The notes: generated by a model not told the origin, from the letters alone. A stretch of 64,000 nt of DNA from Candidatus Nanoarchaeia archaeon (GCA_035288985.1 DATDYP010000011.1:7673-71672); one strand, 5' to 3'; shown: positions 37,479-47,485, counted from the first letter of the stretch. Numbers and translations are program-made.

Positions 37479-40400
37479 TTAACCAGCAGAAACCGTGCTG
37501 TCAGCAGCAAAGATACTATTTTCCTGCTGGCAGTCATAATCTATCTTCCAGGTGATGATCCTCCCGCCCTGAAATTCATCATTAAACTTGCTGAAACATT
37601 TCAGGCCATGCCCTTCAAGGAAAAATAATCTTGTGAATAAGCTTGATGCCAGGGGAGGATCTGCAAGAAGGAGGTTATAATTACCCTTGTCAGGTATCAG
37701 AACAATGGAGAGGTCAGGCCCTTCACCCTGAAATGATTTCTCTTCTATACCCTTGTCCGTCACATATACTATAGAACGAGGCACAGCCCCGGGATTATTT
37801 TCAAAACGCACATCAAAGGAAGCGATGTTAATGAATGTATTAATGGTCCGACCTTCTTGGGTTATGATAGGGCAGCTAATCTCAGTTTCAGATGATGTTG
37901 TGCACTCTATCGGCTTGTAGTTCTGAAATCTCAGCTTCGAGGCGATCCATTCCGTGCTTTTTGCTGCTCTAATCTCATCATAAATCTGATCTGCACGCTC
38001 TTCGCTGACGCTAAACGTTTCAGTCAAATAAGAAACAGCTTCCGGTCTGGATAAACTTTTAGTATTCTGGTACATGGTCGCTTTTTCAAAATCCCAGCTG
38101 CCAAAATAACCCCATGAAGTTGTTTTTGCCACCATATCTTCAGAGGTGATGAAATAATTTGGCAGCAAGTCCTCGCAATGTGTATACTCCAACATTGCCG
38201 CTGCCTGTTCCTCTGTCAAGCCCAGCTCCTGATATTTCAGGTAGGCCTGATCTCTGTCAGAGAGAGGAATGACACTATGCAGAATCTTGACCGATTTTAA
38301 TGGATCCTGGGTATAATTATCCATAGTATCTATCGCTGTTTCTTGGGCGCAGTTGAGCATTCTCAGGATGCCGATGGCTTCGCTTTCATCGCCGGTTAAT
38401 AGCGCCTTTCCGACCCAGTAGATCCTTTTTTTCTGATCACCGCCGTCAAAGGTCACCATTCTCTCTGCAATGGCCACGAAGATGTGCCCAAAATCCCACC
38501 AGCTGGTGATGATTGCTTTATTGGAATCATCCTTGATTTTTATCAAGGTGTCATGCCAGCCGTCGTTGATCAGTGGAGCTTGAAGCTTGACGACAGATAG
38601 TGTTATGGAAAACGGGCTTATAAGCAATAATAACAGTAGTACAGATACAATAACCTTGCTTATCGTTGCGTCTATCTTAATCCCCTGATGCAGCCAGGCA
38701 CTGCTTTTTTCATAGATGATGGCAAAGGCTGCTCCTGCAGCAATGGAGAATGCCGGCGCCGGCAGCAAGGCAAAGCGCACTCCTCTCGTGAAGGCAAAAG
38801 TCCCGCCTAATATCCATATCGCAAAAAATATGAAATACATAAACTCCTGTTGACGGCCGAGCTGCCGGTGATCCTGCTTTTTCGTTCGCAGCATCACGAT
38901 AAGACCCAGGAGGGCCAGAACTACAAAAATGGGTCCGCCTACTTGTAAAATTAAGTCAGAAAGATCACCTGTTCCTAATTCCTCCACAGTTTCTTGAACT
39001 TTTGGCCAGATATTCTGAACATTTGATGACACTCCTGTCTTCGTGAATTTAAGGAAACGGCTTAACGCTGTAAAATCCTGGAAGAAGACAGCAGTGTCTT
39101 GAAATAATGAAACGAAGATGCCAGAACTGAAAAAGAACGATGCAAACATCACGGCATGATCCTTAAGCAAGTTTTTTTGCAGCCACTGGAAGCTGAACTT
39201 GCTGCTGCTTTTAATGAACGGTAACGCCTGACCGAGGAGAGCAGACGCAATGATTGCAGCAAGAATAAAAAAGAAAATAAACGACCATCCGCCCCAGGCA
39301 GCTGAGAAGATACCTACACACAATCCGGCAAGAACGCACAGGACTACTCTAGCACTGCTCTTAGTAGTGCTGTATCCTTCCAGGAACAGCCAGGAAATGA
39401 GCAGCGGAAGCAGTATGATGTACAGATCAGTGTCGGCATCAACAGTTCGCTTGAGGATCGGAATATTGATTGCTAAGAAGAATGCGGCAAAAAAACCGCC
39501 AGCATTGCCGCCCAGCTTTCTGCCGATGAAAAAAGTGCAAACGAGGGACAGGGCCATGATAAATAGGGGAAGCAGGGATAACGCCTTCACCAGCGTGATA
39601 TCTTTATCAAAAAAATGCAGAAATTTGTAAAAGTAGGCCGCGACATAGGGATGCAGCTGCACCGTTGATTTTTTATCCAGCCGGCCGTCACGCAGCGAGA
39701 AATAGGATTCACCATCAATGATCTTGTCGCCAAGGTGTCCATAATTGATGACGTTCCGAGCTTCACTGTACCATAAGTAGGTGTCTACACCTAAAAGATA
39801 GACATCGCCATTGTCATCCTTAAGTATGTTTTTATATTGTCCTGAAAGCTTGCTGATCTCAGCTTCAATAGTGTCTCCATTTTTCTCTAAGAAGGCCTCC
39901 CACTCCCGTTCAAAAATAAGTTTCTTATTCTGATAAGGCAGGGCCGGAAATTGCTGTTCTACCTTCTTGCTTATCTCGCTTTTATAGAAATCGAGAAGAT
40001 CCTGTTCAGCCTGCTGGTCAGTAGAGGGGAGATAGAAAGGCATCACTCGTAAATACGTTGATATAAAGACTACCAGCAGTATCAAGACCAGAGGGATAAG
40101 CCATCGGGCATTGTTGGAACTGAAGGCTTTGAAAGCTTTAAATCCCGAAGCCAGATCAGCGATTTTGATGTGCTTTTCTGAATTCTCAACCCTCTTTTTT
40201 TCACTATGAGACTCAGAACGTCGTTCATGACTCTGGCCATGAGCAAGCCGTTCGGTTTTTTGTTCCATTTTGGAAGTGGTAATAATTACCTTCTCGCGTT
40301 CTGCTTCACGGTCCAGCGTTGCAACTCCTTCAACAGGAGATCCACCCAGACTATCTTCGTTCATAAAGAGAAAAAGACTATCCTTTTCATCATCTTTCTG

Positions 40401-40499
40401 CCACGGCTGCTTTTCAGTCATACTATGAAGAGGCACTGTTACAAATCGTCTTATAAAATTTGTGGTTCTGCAGGCTTGTCCAGAAAAGCTCTCCTGCAT
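37479..40499 (-). CDS. aglB: Oligosaccharyltransferase AglB (STT3 family) with unusual hydrophilic N-terminal extension
   Basis: WWDFGH (the WWDYG motif), about 13 TM helices, and a large C-terminal soluble domain. The first roughly 130 residues are hydrophilic, so the true start may be an internal Met (e.g. 40421). Confidence 0.75.
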   Translation of the reverse strand: MQESFSGQACRTTNFIRRFVTVPLHSMTEKQPWQKDDEKDSLFLFMNEDSLGGSPVEGVATLDREAEREKVIITTSKMEQKTERLAHGQSHERRSESHSEKKRVENSEKHIKIADLASGFKAFKAFSSNNARWLIPLVLILLVVFISTYLRVMPFYLPSTDQQAEQDLLDFYKSEISKKVEQQFPALPYQNKKLIFEREWEAFLEKNGDTIEAEISKLSGQYKNILKDDNGDVYLLGVDTYLWYSEARNVINYGHLGDKIIDGESYFSLRDGRLDKKSTVQLHPYVAAYFYKFLHFFDKDITLVKALSLLPLFIMALSLVCTFFIGRKLGGNAGGFFAAFFLAINIPILKRTVDADTDLYIILLPLLISWLFLEGYSTTKSSARVVLCVLAGLCVGIFSAAWGGWSFIFFFILAAIIASALLGQALPFIKSSSKFSFQWLQKNLLKDHAVMFASFFFSSGIFVSLFQDTAVFFQDFTALSRFLKFTKTGVSSNVQNIWPKVQETVEELGTGDLSDLILQVGGPIFVVLALLGLIVMLRTKKQDHRQLGRQQEFMYFIFFAIWILGGTFAFTRGVRFALLPAPAFSIAAGAAFAIIYEKSSAWLHQGIKIDATISKVIVSVLLLLLLISPFSITLSVVKLQAPLINDGWHDTLIKIKDDSNKAIITSWWDFGHIFVAIAERMVTFDGGDQKKRIYWVGKALLTGDESEAIGILRMLNCAQETAIDTMDNYTQDPLKSVKILHSVIPLSDRDQAYLKYQELGLTEEQAAAMLEYTHCEDLLPNYFITSEDMVAKTTSWGYFGSWDFEKATMYQNTKSLSRPEAVSYLTETFSVSEERADQIYDEIRAAKSTEWIASKLRFQNYKPIECTTSSETEISCPIITQEGRTINTFINIASFDVRFENNPGAVPRSIVYVTDKGIEEKSFQGEGPDLSIVLIPDKGNYNLLLADPPLASSLFTRLFFLEGHGLKCFSKFNDEFQGGRIITWKIDYDCQQENSIFAADSTVSAG

Positions 40500-40554
40500 A
40501 AATCATGACTTGAGTATCATTACCTTTAAAAACAGATTTTTTCTGTGACTGAAG

Positions 40555-42039
40555 ATGACCACGTATACAAAAAAGGCAGTGAAAGGGGCAAGCATAACCC
40601 TGCTCATGAGCGTCCTGGCAGCTCTCATAGCGTATGTCACCAGAATTGTCCTGGCACGAAATCTCGGACCTGCTGATTACGGTTTATTCTCTTCAGTCCT
40701 GACCTTCATCCTCTTCTTCCTCTTCTTCAGGGATCTTGGATTAAGCTCTTCCCTGGTTAAATATATTGTTGAATTTAGAATCCACGGGCGCTACGACAAG
40801 ATCAAAACAGCGATAACCGGGGTTCTTTCTTTTCAGTTTGCCAGCTCCCTCCTTTTTGGCTTGGTTTTCCTTGCTTTATCAGGTTTCCTGGCACAGAATT
40901 ATTTTAAGGATCCCAGAGCCCAGACACTGATCATACTTTTGACTGTCTATGTGCTGTTCAGCATTTTCTTTATCGTTCTTAAAGGCATCTTCAACGGGTT
41001 CCAGAGAATGTTTTTGTTCTCTTCCATAGAGTTTGCCAAGAATGCTATTATACTACTTATCGTCTTTGTCTTCTTTAAACTCGGATTTGACATCTATGCA
41101 CCGGTGCTTGCGTATGTTCTGGTCTGTCCCCTGCTGTTCTTGATATATATTTTCTCTGCAGCAAAGACCTCACAATTTTTCTCATCTACAATCACTGATT
41201 TTAGACCAATCACAAAACAGGTTGTTCTCTTTGGCATCCCCCTCTTTGCTACTGCCTTCGCCGGGAAAATTATCGGTTATATCGATACGTTGATGTTAAC
41301 CTACTTCCGCCCGCTATCAGAAGTAGGAGTGTATAATGTTGTCCTTCCATCTGCCTTAGTGCTGCTGTTCTTCGGCCGTTCCATCTCCTCGATAGTCTTC
41401 CCGATATCTTCAGAGTTATGGGAAAAGAAAGATTACAAAAAATTGGTAGCCGGCGTTCACCTGCTGCATAAATATGCCTTTGTGCTGTTCATACCGGTTA
41501 TTTTTACTGTCTTTTCATTTCCAGAATTTTTCCTTGAACTCTTCTTCGGCGCCGAATATGTAAGCGGTGCCGTTTCCCTGCAAATCCTGCTGGTGGGAAT
41601 GCTTATCTTTATCGTAGCGATGATGAACAATACGATCATTTCCGCCATCGGAAAACCAAAAATCATTGCAAAGATAACGATCTTAGCTGCGGTAACGAAT
41701 ATCGTCCTCAACCTGATTTTGATCCCCAACCTTGGCATCAACGGCGCGGCCATGGCTACAGCTGTCAGTTACGCCTTAGTGCTGGTGCTGACAACTGCAC
41801 AGATCAAGAAATACCTGCCAGTCAAACTTCCATTCCTGGAGTGGAGTAAGCAAGCCTTTACGGCGCTGCTCTTTATCGGCATTATATATCTTCTGAAGGG
41901 AACCTTTCAGAATCCCTGGCTGGACCTAGTAGTCTCAGCTTCATGTGCGGGTGCAGTGTATATACTACTGCTATTTGTCTTGAAGATCATTGATTTGAAA
42001 GAAGTGAACTATTACCGCCGCCTGTTGCGAAGATCATAA
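40555..42039 (+). CDS. MOP-superfamily polysaccharide/oligosaccharide flippase (Wzx/AglR-like)
   Basis: 494 aa with about 14 TM helices and a polysaccharide-biosynthesis-protein-like N-terminus (LMSVLAALIAYVTRIVLARNLGPADYGLFS). Divergently transcribed from aglB with a 55-bp spacer. Confidence 0.7.
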   Translation: MTTYTKKAVKGASITLLMSVLAALIAYVTRIVLARNLGPADYGLFSSVLTFILFFLFFRDLGLSSSLVKYIVEFRIHGRYDKIKTAITGVLSFQFASSLLFGLVFLALSGFLAQNYFKDPRAQTLIILLTVYVLFSIFFIVLKGIFNGFQRMFLFSSIEFAKNAIILLIVFVFFKLGFDIYAPVLAYVLVCPLLFLIYIFSAAKTSQFFSSTITDFRPITKQVVLFGIPLFATAFAGKIIGYIDTLMLTYFRPLSEVGVYNVVLPSALVLLFFGRSISSIVFPISSELWEKKDYKKLVAGVHLLHKYAFVLFIPVIFTVFSFPEFFLELFFGAEYVSGAVSLQILLVGMLIFIVAMMNNTIISAIGKPKIIAKITILAAVTNIVLNLILIPNLGINGAAMATAVSYALVLVLTTAQIKKYLPVKLPFLEWSKQAFTALLFIGIIYLLKGTFQNPWLDLVVSASCAGAVYILLLFVLKIIDLKEVNYYRRLLRRS

Positions 42040-42231
42040 GGTGCTGGTTTAGGAAAGAGAGGTTGATGGGATGGATTTATTTCTTTTTAGGTTTTTCAAC
42101 CGCAATCCAAACATCATCCTTTACACAGTGATAAACGGTTCTGGTGTATTTTTTCTTGTTTTTAGAATTAACACTCGTATCTTTTCTAATTACTTTCATT
42201 AGTTTTTCACAGACAATGCATTTCATAGAAC

Positions 42232-43581
42232 TTAGAACCCCATCCCTTTCGGCATCTTCCCGCCCATCCTCTGCATCAGCTTGCCCATATCCTTCTCTCC
42301 TTTAAACATCTTGACCATCTTCTTGCTCTGACGGTATTGTTTTAATAATTCCCGCACTTCACCGATGTTCAAGCCAGAACCGGCAGCGATCCGGTCAAGG
42401 CGCTCGGCATTCATCACCTCAGGATTTTCTAATTCTTCCCTAGTCATGGAATCCATGGCATATTTCCATTTTTCCAGCTTGCCTTCCTGTACATCCAGCA
42501 TTTCCTTCGGCAATTTCAGCGCTCCCATGCCTGGAATCATTTCCATAAGCTTGCCAAAAGAACCCATCTTTTTCAGCGCTGACATCTGCTGGTAAAGGTC
42601 CACAAGAGTGAACTCCCCTTTCAGGAATTTTTCCTGCATGTCCGCGGCATCGTCTTCGGAAATGACTTCTTTTGCCTTTTCTAATAAAGACTCTAAGTCA
42701 CCCATGCCGATCAATCGGCCCACAAACCGCTGCGGATGGAATGGTTCGAGATCGTCAACCTTCTCCCCGACACCGATAAAAATGATCGGAGCTTTGGTGA
42801 CAGCACAGGCTGATAACGCTCCTCCCCCTTTTGCTGTTCCTTCCAGCTTGGTGACGATAACACCGGTAACACCGCAAGTATCATGGAAGGCCTGCGCTTG
42901 TTTCTGGACCGCCTGGCCTATATCAGCAGAGATGACCAACAATTTTTCTTCTGCCTGGACAGTATTATGAAGCTGATTGAGTTCTTTAATTAAATCATCA
43001 GATAAGGCATCCCGCCCTGCCGTATCAACAATAACGATATCATAATCAGGAAGCTTATCTTCAAAAGCGAGGTAGATGGAAACTGGATCTTTTTCTTTCT
43101 TGATTCCGAAGAAATCCACGCCGATGCTTTCCGCGATTTGTTTGAGCTGCTCGTACGCTGCTGGCCGCCAAGTATCGGTCTGCATCACCACAACTTTATA
43201 GCCTCTTTTCTTATAGAATTTTGCCAGCTTGCCGGCAGTAGTGGTCTTGCCGCTGCCGAAAAGGCCTACAAGCATGATCTGCGTCGGCTTTTTAGTGATT
43301 GAAATCTCATGGGCTTCCTTGCCAAGAAAATTAGTCAGCTCCTCATAGACAATCTTAATAAGCTGTTCCCGTTTAGTGATGCCTGGAGGGGCTTTCTCCT
43401 TGGCACGTTCCTTGATCTTCTTGCTGAGATCAAAAACCAGCTGTACATTAGTGTCCGACTGCAGCAAGGCCCGCTGGAGGTCTTTGACCAGCTCATTGAT
43501 GAGTTTTTCATCTACAAAAACCGATTTGGTGATTTTACTTAAGGTGTCTTTTAAGGATTCGCCCAGTTTCTCAAGGACCAT
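42232..43581 (-). CDS. srp54: Signal recognition particle 54 kDa protein (SRP54)
   Basis: N domain, then the G domain (GLFGSGKTTTAGKLA, DTAGR, TKLEG), then a Met-rich M domain (MMPGMGALKLPKEM...GMGF). Confidence 0.9.
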   Translation of the reverse strand: MVLEKLGESLKDTLSKITKSVFVDEKLINELVKDLQRALLQSDTNVQLVFDLSKKIKERAKEKAPPGITKREQLIKIVYEELTNFLGKEAHEISITKKPTQIMLVGLFGSGKTTTAGKLAKFYKKRGYKVVVMQTDTWRPAAYEQLKQIAESIGVDFFGIKKEKDPVSIYLAFEDKLPDYDIVIVDTAGRDALSDDLIKELNQLHNTVQAEEKLLVISADIGQAVQKQAQAFHDTCGVTGVIVTKLEGTAKGGGALSACAVTKAPIIFIGVGEKVDDLEPFHPQRFVGRLIGMGDLESLLEKAKEVISEDDAADMQEKFLKGEFTLVDLYQQMSALKKMGSFGKLMEMIPGMGALKLPKEMLDVQEGKLEKWKYAMDSMTREELENPEVMNAERLDRIAAGSGLNIGEVRELLKQYRQSKKMVKMFKGEKDMGKLMQRMGGKMPKGMGF

Positions 43582-44023
43582 TTACATCCAAAATGAGTTA
43601 TGTTATAAAAAGGTTATGAGAAAGAATAAAATTGAGCCCGTCCGGAACTTCGTGAGCCTTGCGGACGAAGAAACGAACGCAGTGACTCTTTCGAACCGGA
43701 GTCTGATGGTCTCTTCTGCCATAACAGCAGCCGAAGCCACCTGTCCTCTCTGGTATAAATCTATATCCAGGCTAGACTACGGGCCCAATAGTAGGATAAT
43801 TAGCAAGTTGTTTTAAAAAGATTATGGTTGCCAGGGCTAATATGAAACCCTCTCGTTCGCACCCTCTCGCGCATGATGATAGTCAAGAACATGGACAGGT
43901 TTTCCGAAGGAGAGGGCATAGCTTGTCTTGCGAACAGCAAAGTGCTCACTGGCCAATTGGCGAGGGTTTCATAAAAACCGGTTGCCAGAAAGAAATATAA
44001 AGAATAAAGGCTTAGCTAAACCT

Positions 44024-44449
44024 ATGAAAACACCGCTCCGGTTCTTGAGATTTTACCTTGTAACAGCACTGCTGATAGGAGCAATAAACCTTTCCGACAG
44101 CCTCTTAGCGCTCATAAATATCAACAGCAGCATCTTCAGCCTTGTGCTGATGATCCTCAGTTTCCTTTTTTTCTTTTTTAATATCCTTTCCATCACCATC
44201 TTCCATCACCAGAAGGTTGCCAGGATTGCTTATTTTCTCCCAGTATACTATATTGCCAGTTATGTTATCTTCTTCATACTTAGCAGCATCCTGATTTTCA
44301 GAACTGTACAGCCTATAGTCTGGAACATTCTCATAGGGGTTGGCATTGCTACATCCCTGTTTGAAATGATCTTCAGCACTTACTTATTGAGGAAATTTTC
44401 CCGCTCTTCAGAAACTCAGCCAGCAGCGAATTATCGTCCATCTTTATAG
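44024..44449 (+). CDS. Hypothetical small membrane protein (3 TM)
   Basis: Trimmed to MKTPLRFLRFYLVTALLIGA; three hydrophobic helices. The 3' end overlaps the convergent gene by about 77 nt, so confidence is low. Confidence 0.3.
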   Translation: MKTPLRFLRFYLVTALLIGAINLSDSLLALININSSIFSLVLMILSFLFFFFNILSITIFHHQKVARIAYFLPVYYIASYVIFFILSSILIFRTVQPIVWNILIGVGIATSLFEMIFSTYLLRKFSRSSETQPAANYRPSL

Positions 44450-44855
44450 AATAAGTAATATTGTCTAATTGTTGGACATTGACAAAATTCAGGAAGGTCT
44501 GTCTCTGATCAGCATTCCATGTATCAAATTCCCGTGCTGTCTTGCACAAATAATTAGTATCACAATGCCCGATTCGCAAATCCTTGCCCTGATGCCGTGC
44601 CGGGTGTAATGAACAGAGGAAACGGCCTTTTTCCTCGATAAGATTCCTGCACACGCCATCGCGTAGATCCATAGGATGACGGCGATCTCTGAAGGTGATA
44701 AATTTCTCTTCCGTATCCGGCTGTAGCTGTGTAAACTCCTTGGTATTTTCATCTATAGCCGCTTTTATTTTTTGTTTGGAAATAAAATCATGCCCGCAGC
44801 AGCCCATACAGCCGCCGTTTAACTGACAAAGAGGACTACTGGTTGCCATCTTCAA
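44373..44855 (-). CDS. YkgJ-family (CxxCxxCC) putative Fe-S/zinc-chelating protein
   Basis: CQLNGGCMGCCGHDF matches the CxxCxxCC signature of the UPF0153/YkgJ family. Further Cys/His are present downstream (CRNL...CSLHPARH...HCDTNYLC). Confidence 0.5.
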   Translation of the reverse strand: MKMATSSPLCQLNGGCMGCCGHDFISKQKIKAAIDENTKEFTQLQPDTEEKFITFRDRRHPMDLRDGVCRNLIEEKGRFLCSLHPARHQGKDLRIGHCDTNYLCKTAREFDTWNADQRQTFLNFVNVQQLDNITYSIKMDDNSLLAEFLKSGKISSISKC

Positions 44856-45553
44856 AATTCAATCTCCCTTTTGGCTTTGTTTACAATAAATGTTTTGATC
44901 TCTCCACCAACATGGGATTGTATCAACTCAGCTAATTCATCAATAATTAGTTTGATCTCATCCTTGTTTACTGGAGGCAGGCCTTCGACAACGAGAGTTA
45001 TATTTTTGGTATTTTGGGTCATTTTAGACTTATCGCATTCTCTCCAATTCCATCTTCTACACAGAACCTCGTTACGGTCAACATAGATCACTTCCCCTTC
45101 ATTCGGGCTTTTCACTTCATCAGAATTAAGCTCCTTAAACAACTCGTCTCCTTTCGCAAATGTCAATGTAATATCTCCATCGACGTGGTCTATATCATCA
45201 CCGCCAACTGGAACGAGATGCTTGATTGAAATATAATTGTAAATATCGACAACTGTATTGATATGATGAAGAGCAAGACCTTCAAGAATCATCCTGTACA
45301 AATTCTCTACAGAACATCTGTATTTTTTAGGTTTCGCGCCAAAAGAAGAATACGCTTTTCTCCAAGATTCAATTTTAGGCTCTTGGGAGAGAGTTTCAGA
45401 AGTGAACTTCTGTCGGATCTCTCTCTCCTGATCTCTGAGCAGAGCTAAAATTTCTGCACTTTCCCCTGTATTGTTGATACCTCTAGCTACAACAATGCCT
45501 ATCTGCAACTCAGGAAAGGCATCAAAAATTGAATCTTGTATTTTAAATTTCAT
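44852..45553 (-). CDS. B3/4-domain protein (PheRS-beta B3/B4-like tRNA-binding/editing-fold)
   Basis: 233 aa. The central HLVPVGGDDIDHVDGDITLTFAKGDELF is B3/4-like. It overlaps the ykgJ-like gene by 4 nt and is a paralogue of 48650..49336. Confidence 0.55.
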   Translation of the reverse strand: MKFKIQDSIFDAFPELQIGIVVARGINNTGESAEILALLRDQEREIRQKFTSETLSQEPKIESWRKAYSSFGAKPKKYRCSVENLYRMILEGLALHHINTVVDIYNYISIKHLVPVGGDDIDHVDGDITLTFAKGDELFKELNSDEVKSPNEGEVIYVDRNEVLCRRWNWRECDKSKMTQNTKNITLVVEGLPPVNKDEIKLIIDELAELIQSHVGGEIKTFIVNKAKREIEF

Positions 45554-45564
45554 CTCACCACAGC

Positions 45565-47268
45565 CTACATCTTTTCTGGAGCTTCTATCCCTAGCAAATT
45601 CAGTCCGTTCTCCAAAACCTGCCGCACACTATCAACCAGCAGCAGCCGCGCCTTGGTGATATTCTTCTCTTCCGATAAGACTGGACATTTATGATAAAAC
45701 TCGTTAAAGGCCTGAGACAGCCCGATCAGGTATTGCGCCAAGTGGTGGGGCTTGTATGTTTCTGCCGCTTTCACAATCGCCTCAGGAAATTCATATAATT
45801 TTTTAACTACGGCACTTTCCTCAGCAAGATTAAATGTTTCAAAGTTGACATGGGGAGCTACTTGCAGCTGATACTCGGTGCGTGCTTTTCGCAGTATCGA
45901 ATGCGCACGGGCATGGGTATACTGGATATACGGCCCAGTTTCGCCTTCAAAACTCATCGATTCTTCAGGGTTGAAGACGATATCTTTTACTGGATCGGTC
46001 TGGAGCATGAAAAATTTTATGGCAGCAAGGGAGATGATCTTTGCACGTCTCTGTACCTCCTCACCATCTATATCCTGATGCCGAGCTTTTATTTCTTTCT
46101 CCGCCAGCACTGCGACTTCATCCATGATGTCATCTGCGTCAATAACAGTTCCTTCGCGTGACTTCATCCGACCAGAAGGGAGATGGACCATCCCATAGCT
46201 AAGATGATACATGTCTTTGGCATATTTTTTGCCAAGCAGCTCTAGAACTTTGAACAGCTGCTGGAAATGCAATTTCTGTTCTGACGCCACAACATAGAGC
46301 ATTCTATCAAACTTGAAATCTTTATAGCGAAGAGTAGCAAGATGCATGTCCTGGGTGATGTAAATGGAGGTCTTGTCTCCGCGAAGGAGAATTTTATCAG
46401 GCAGATTGAAGTCTTTCAAAGGAGCACTGATCGAACCAGTTTTTGCATCCTGCGTAAACACGCCTTTTTTCAGCCCTTCAAAGACTAGCTCCTTCCCCTG
46501 CTCATAATATTTTGATTCAAAATAACTCTTTTCAAAATAAGCGCCAAATCTCTTGTAGGTTTGCTCATGCCCGGCAAGGACCCATTCATTCATTTTTTGC
46601 CAGATTTTTCTTGTTTGAGGATCATTATTCTCCCATTTAATTAACAGCTCCTGAACTTCGGTATTGAGACTCTCGTCTTCGGCAGCTTTCTTTGAGAACA
46701 GGACATAAAAATCACCAACAAAATGATCACTTTTTTTATCAGGTTCCTTTCCTGCACCCCATTTCATATAGGCCAGCATGGACTGGCAGATGTGTACGCC
46801 ACGGTCATTGATGATATTGACTGGAGAGACTGTATTTCCTGCAAACTGTAAAATCTTATACATAGAGCTTCCTAAAGCCATATTGCGGACATGGCCGAGA
46901 TGCAAAGGCTTGTTGGTATTTGGACCGCAGTATTCAACAACGACTCGTTCGCCGGTGCTTTTTCCTTTCCCGTAATTCTTAGCCTGCTTGTAGATCGCGT
47001 TCAATGTTTCTTCTGCCAGCACTCTTTGATTGAGAAAAAAGTTGAGATAGGGACCGGAAACTTCTGCTTTCCGTAAAAATGGGGGGAGTTTTAGCTTCTC
47101 TTGTAATTTTCCGGCTTCTTGAGGTGCATTTTCGCCCAGCTTAAAACAGGGAAAGGCATAATCCCCAAGCCGTGGATCAGGAGGTACAGCTAACAGAATA
47201 CTTACTTCATCCTTGGCAAGGCCAGTCTCCGCAGTAAGAAGCTGGATCAATTCTTCCTTAAAATTCAT
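45565..47268 (-). CDS. argS: Arginine--tRNA ligase
   Basis: Class-I HIGH motif (PNTNKPLHLGHVRN), KMSKS-like MKSREG, and an ArgRS N-terminal add-1 and anticodon-binding domain; 567 aa. Confidence 0.9.
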   Translation of the reverse strand: MNFKEELIQLLTAETGLAKDEVSILLAVPPDPRLGDYAFPCFKLGENAPQEAGKLQEKLKLPPFLRKAEVSGPYLNFFLNQRVLAEETLNAIYKQAKNYGKGKSTGERVVVEYCGPNTNKPLHLGHVRNMALGSSMYKILQFAGNTVSPVNIINDRGVHICQSMLAYMKWGAGKEPDKKSDHFVGDFYVLFSKKAAEDESLNTEVQELLIKWENNDPQTRKIWQKMNEWVLAGHEQTYKRFGAYFEKSYFESKYYEQGKELVFEGLKKGVFTQDAKTGSISAPLKDFNLPDKILLRGDKTSIYITQDMHLATLRYKDFKFDRMLYVVASEQKLHFQQLFKVLELLGKKYAKDMYHLSYGMVHLPSGRMKSREGTVIDADDIMDEVAVLAEKEIKARHQDIDGEEVQRRAKIISLAAIKFFMLQTDPVKDIVFNPEESMSFEGETGPYIQYTHARAHSILRKARTEYQLQVAPHVNFETFNLAEESAVVKKLYEFPEAIVKAAETYKPHHLAQYLIGLSQAFNEFYHKCPVLSEEKNITKARLLLVDSVRQVLENGLNLLGIEAPEKM

Positions 47269-47310
47269 GATGATGAAAAAAGAGGGGCAGTTTATATATA
47301 TTTTTGTGTG

Positions 47311-47473
47311 GGCTCTGTCCTGAATCTCACTTTGTTCGGGTTAGCGTGAACTCGCTTTTCGTACCTAAGACAATACTGTGGGTCCTTCCCGCAGGGAGCT
47401 TCCCCTCCCACACTCACTTCGGTGATGAGAGCACCGCTCGAACTTACACGCTAACCGCATCCATGACAGAGCC
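47311..47473 (+). ncRNA. Candidate structured ncRNA, copy 1 of a paralogous pair (unclassified family)
   Basis: Roughly 163-nt GC-rich segment. The termini form a bipartite stem (GGCTCTGTC/GACAGAGCC and GGTTAGCGTG/CACGCTAACC) and there are internal hairpins. A TATA box (TTTATATATA) lies at 47291-47300 and TTTTGTG immediately follows 3'. It is about 70% identical to 62484-62645, with compensatory changes in the stems. Confidence 0.45.
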
Positions 47474-47485
47474 TTTTGTGCGGAA

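Noticed and set aside
43376-43816. 146-aa plus-strand ORF overlapping the 5' end of srp54
   Set aside because: It is antisense to the well-conserved N-terminus of SRP54. Only its last 66 codons (43617..43817) lie outside srp54, and even those are doubtful.
47420-47450. Hammerhead-ribozyme-like core (GUGAUGAG - short stem - CGAAC) inside structured RNA copy 1
   Set aside because: The first core position is G rather than the conserved C, and only two A's stand where GAAA is needed. The motif is absent from the homologous position in copy 2.
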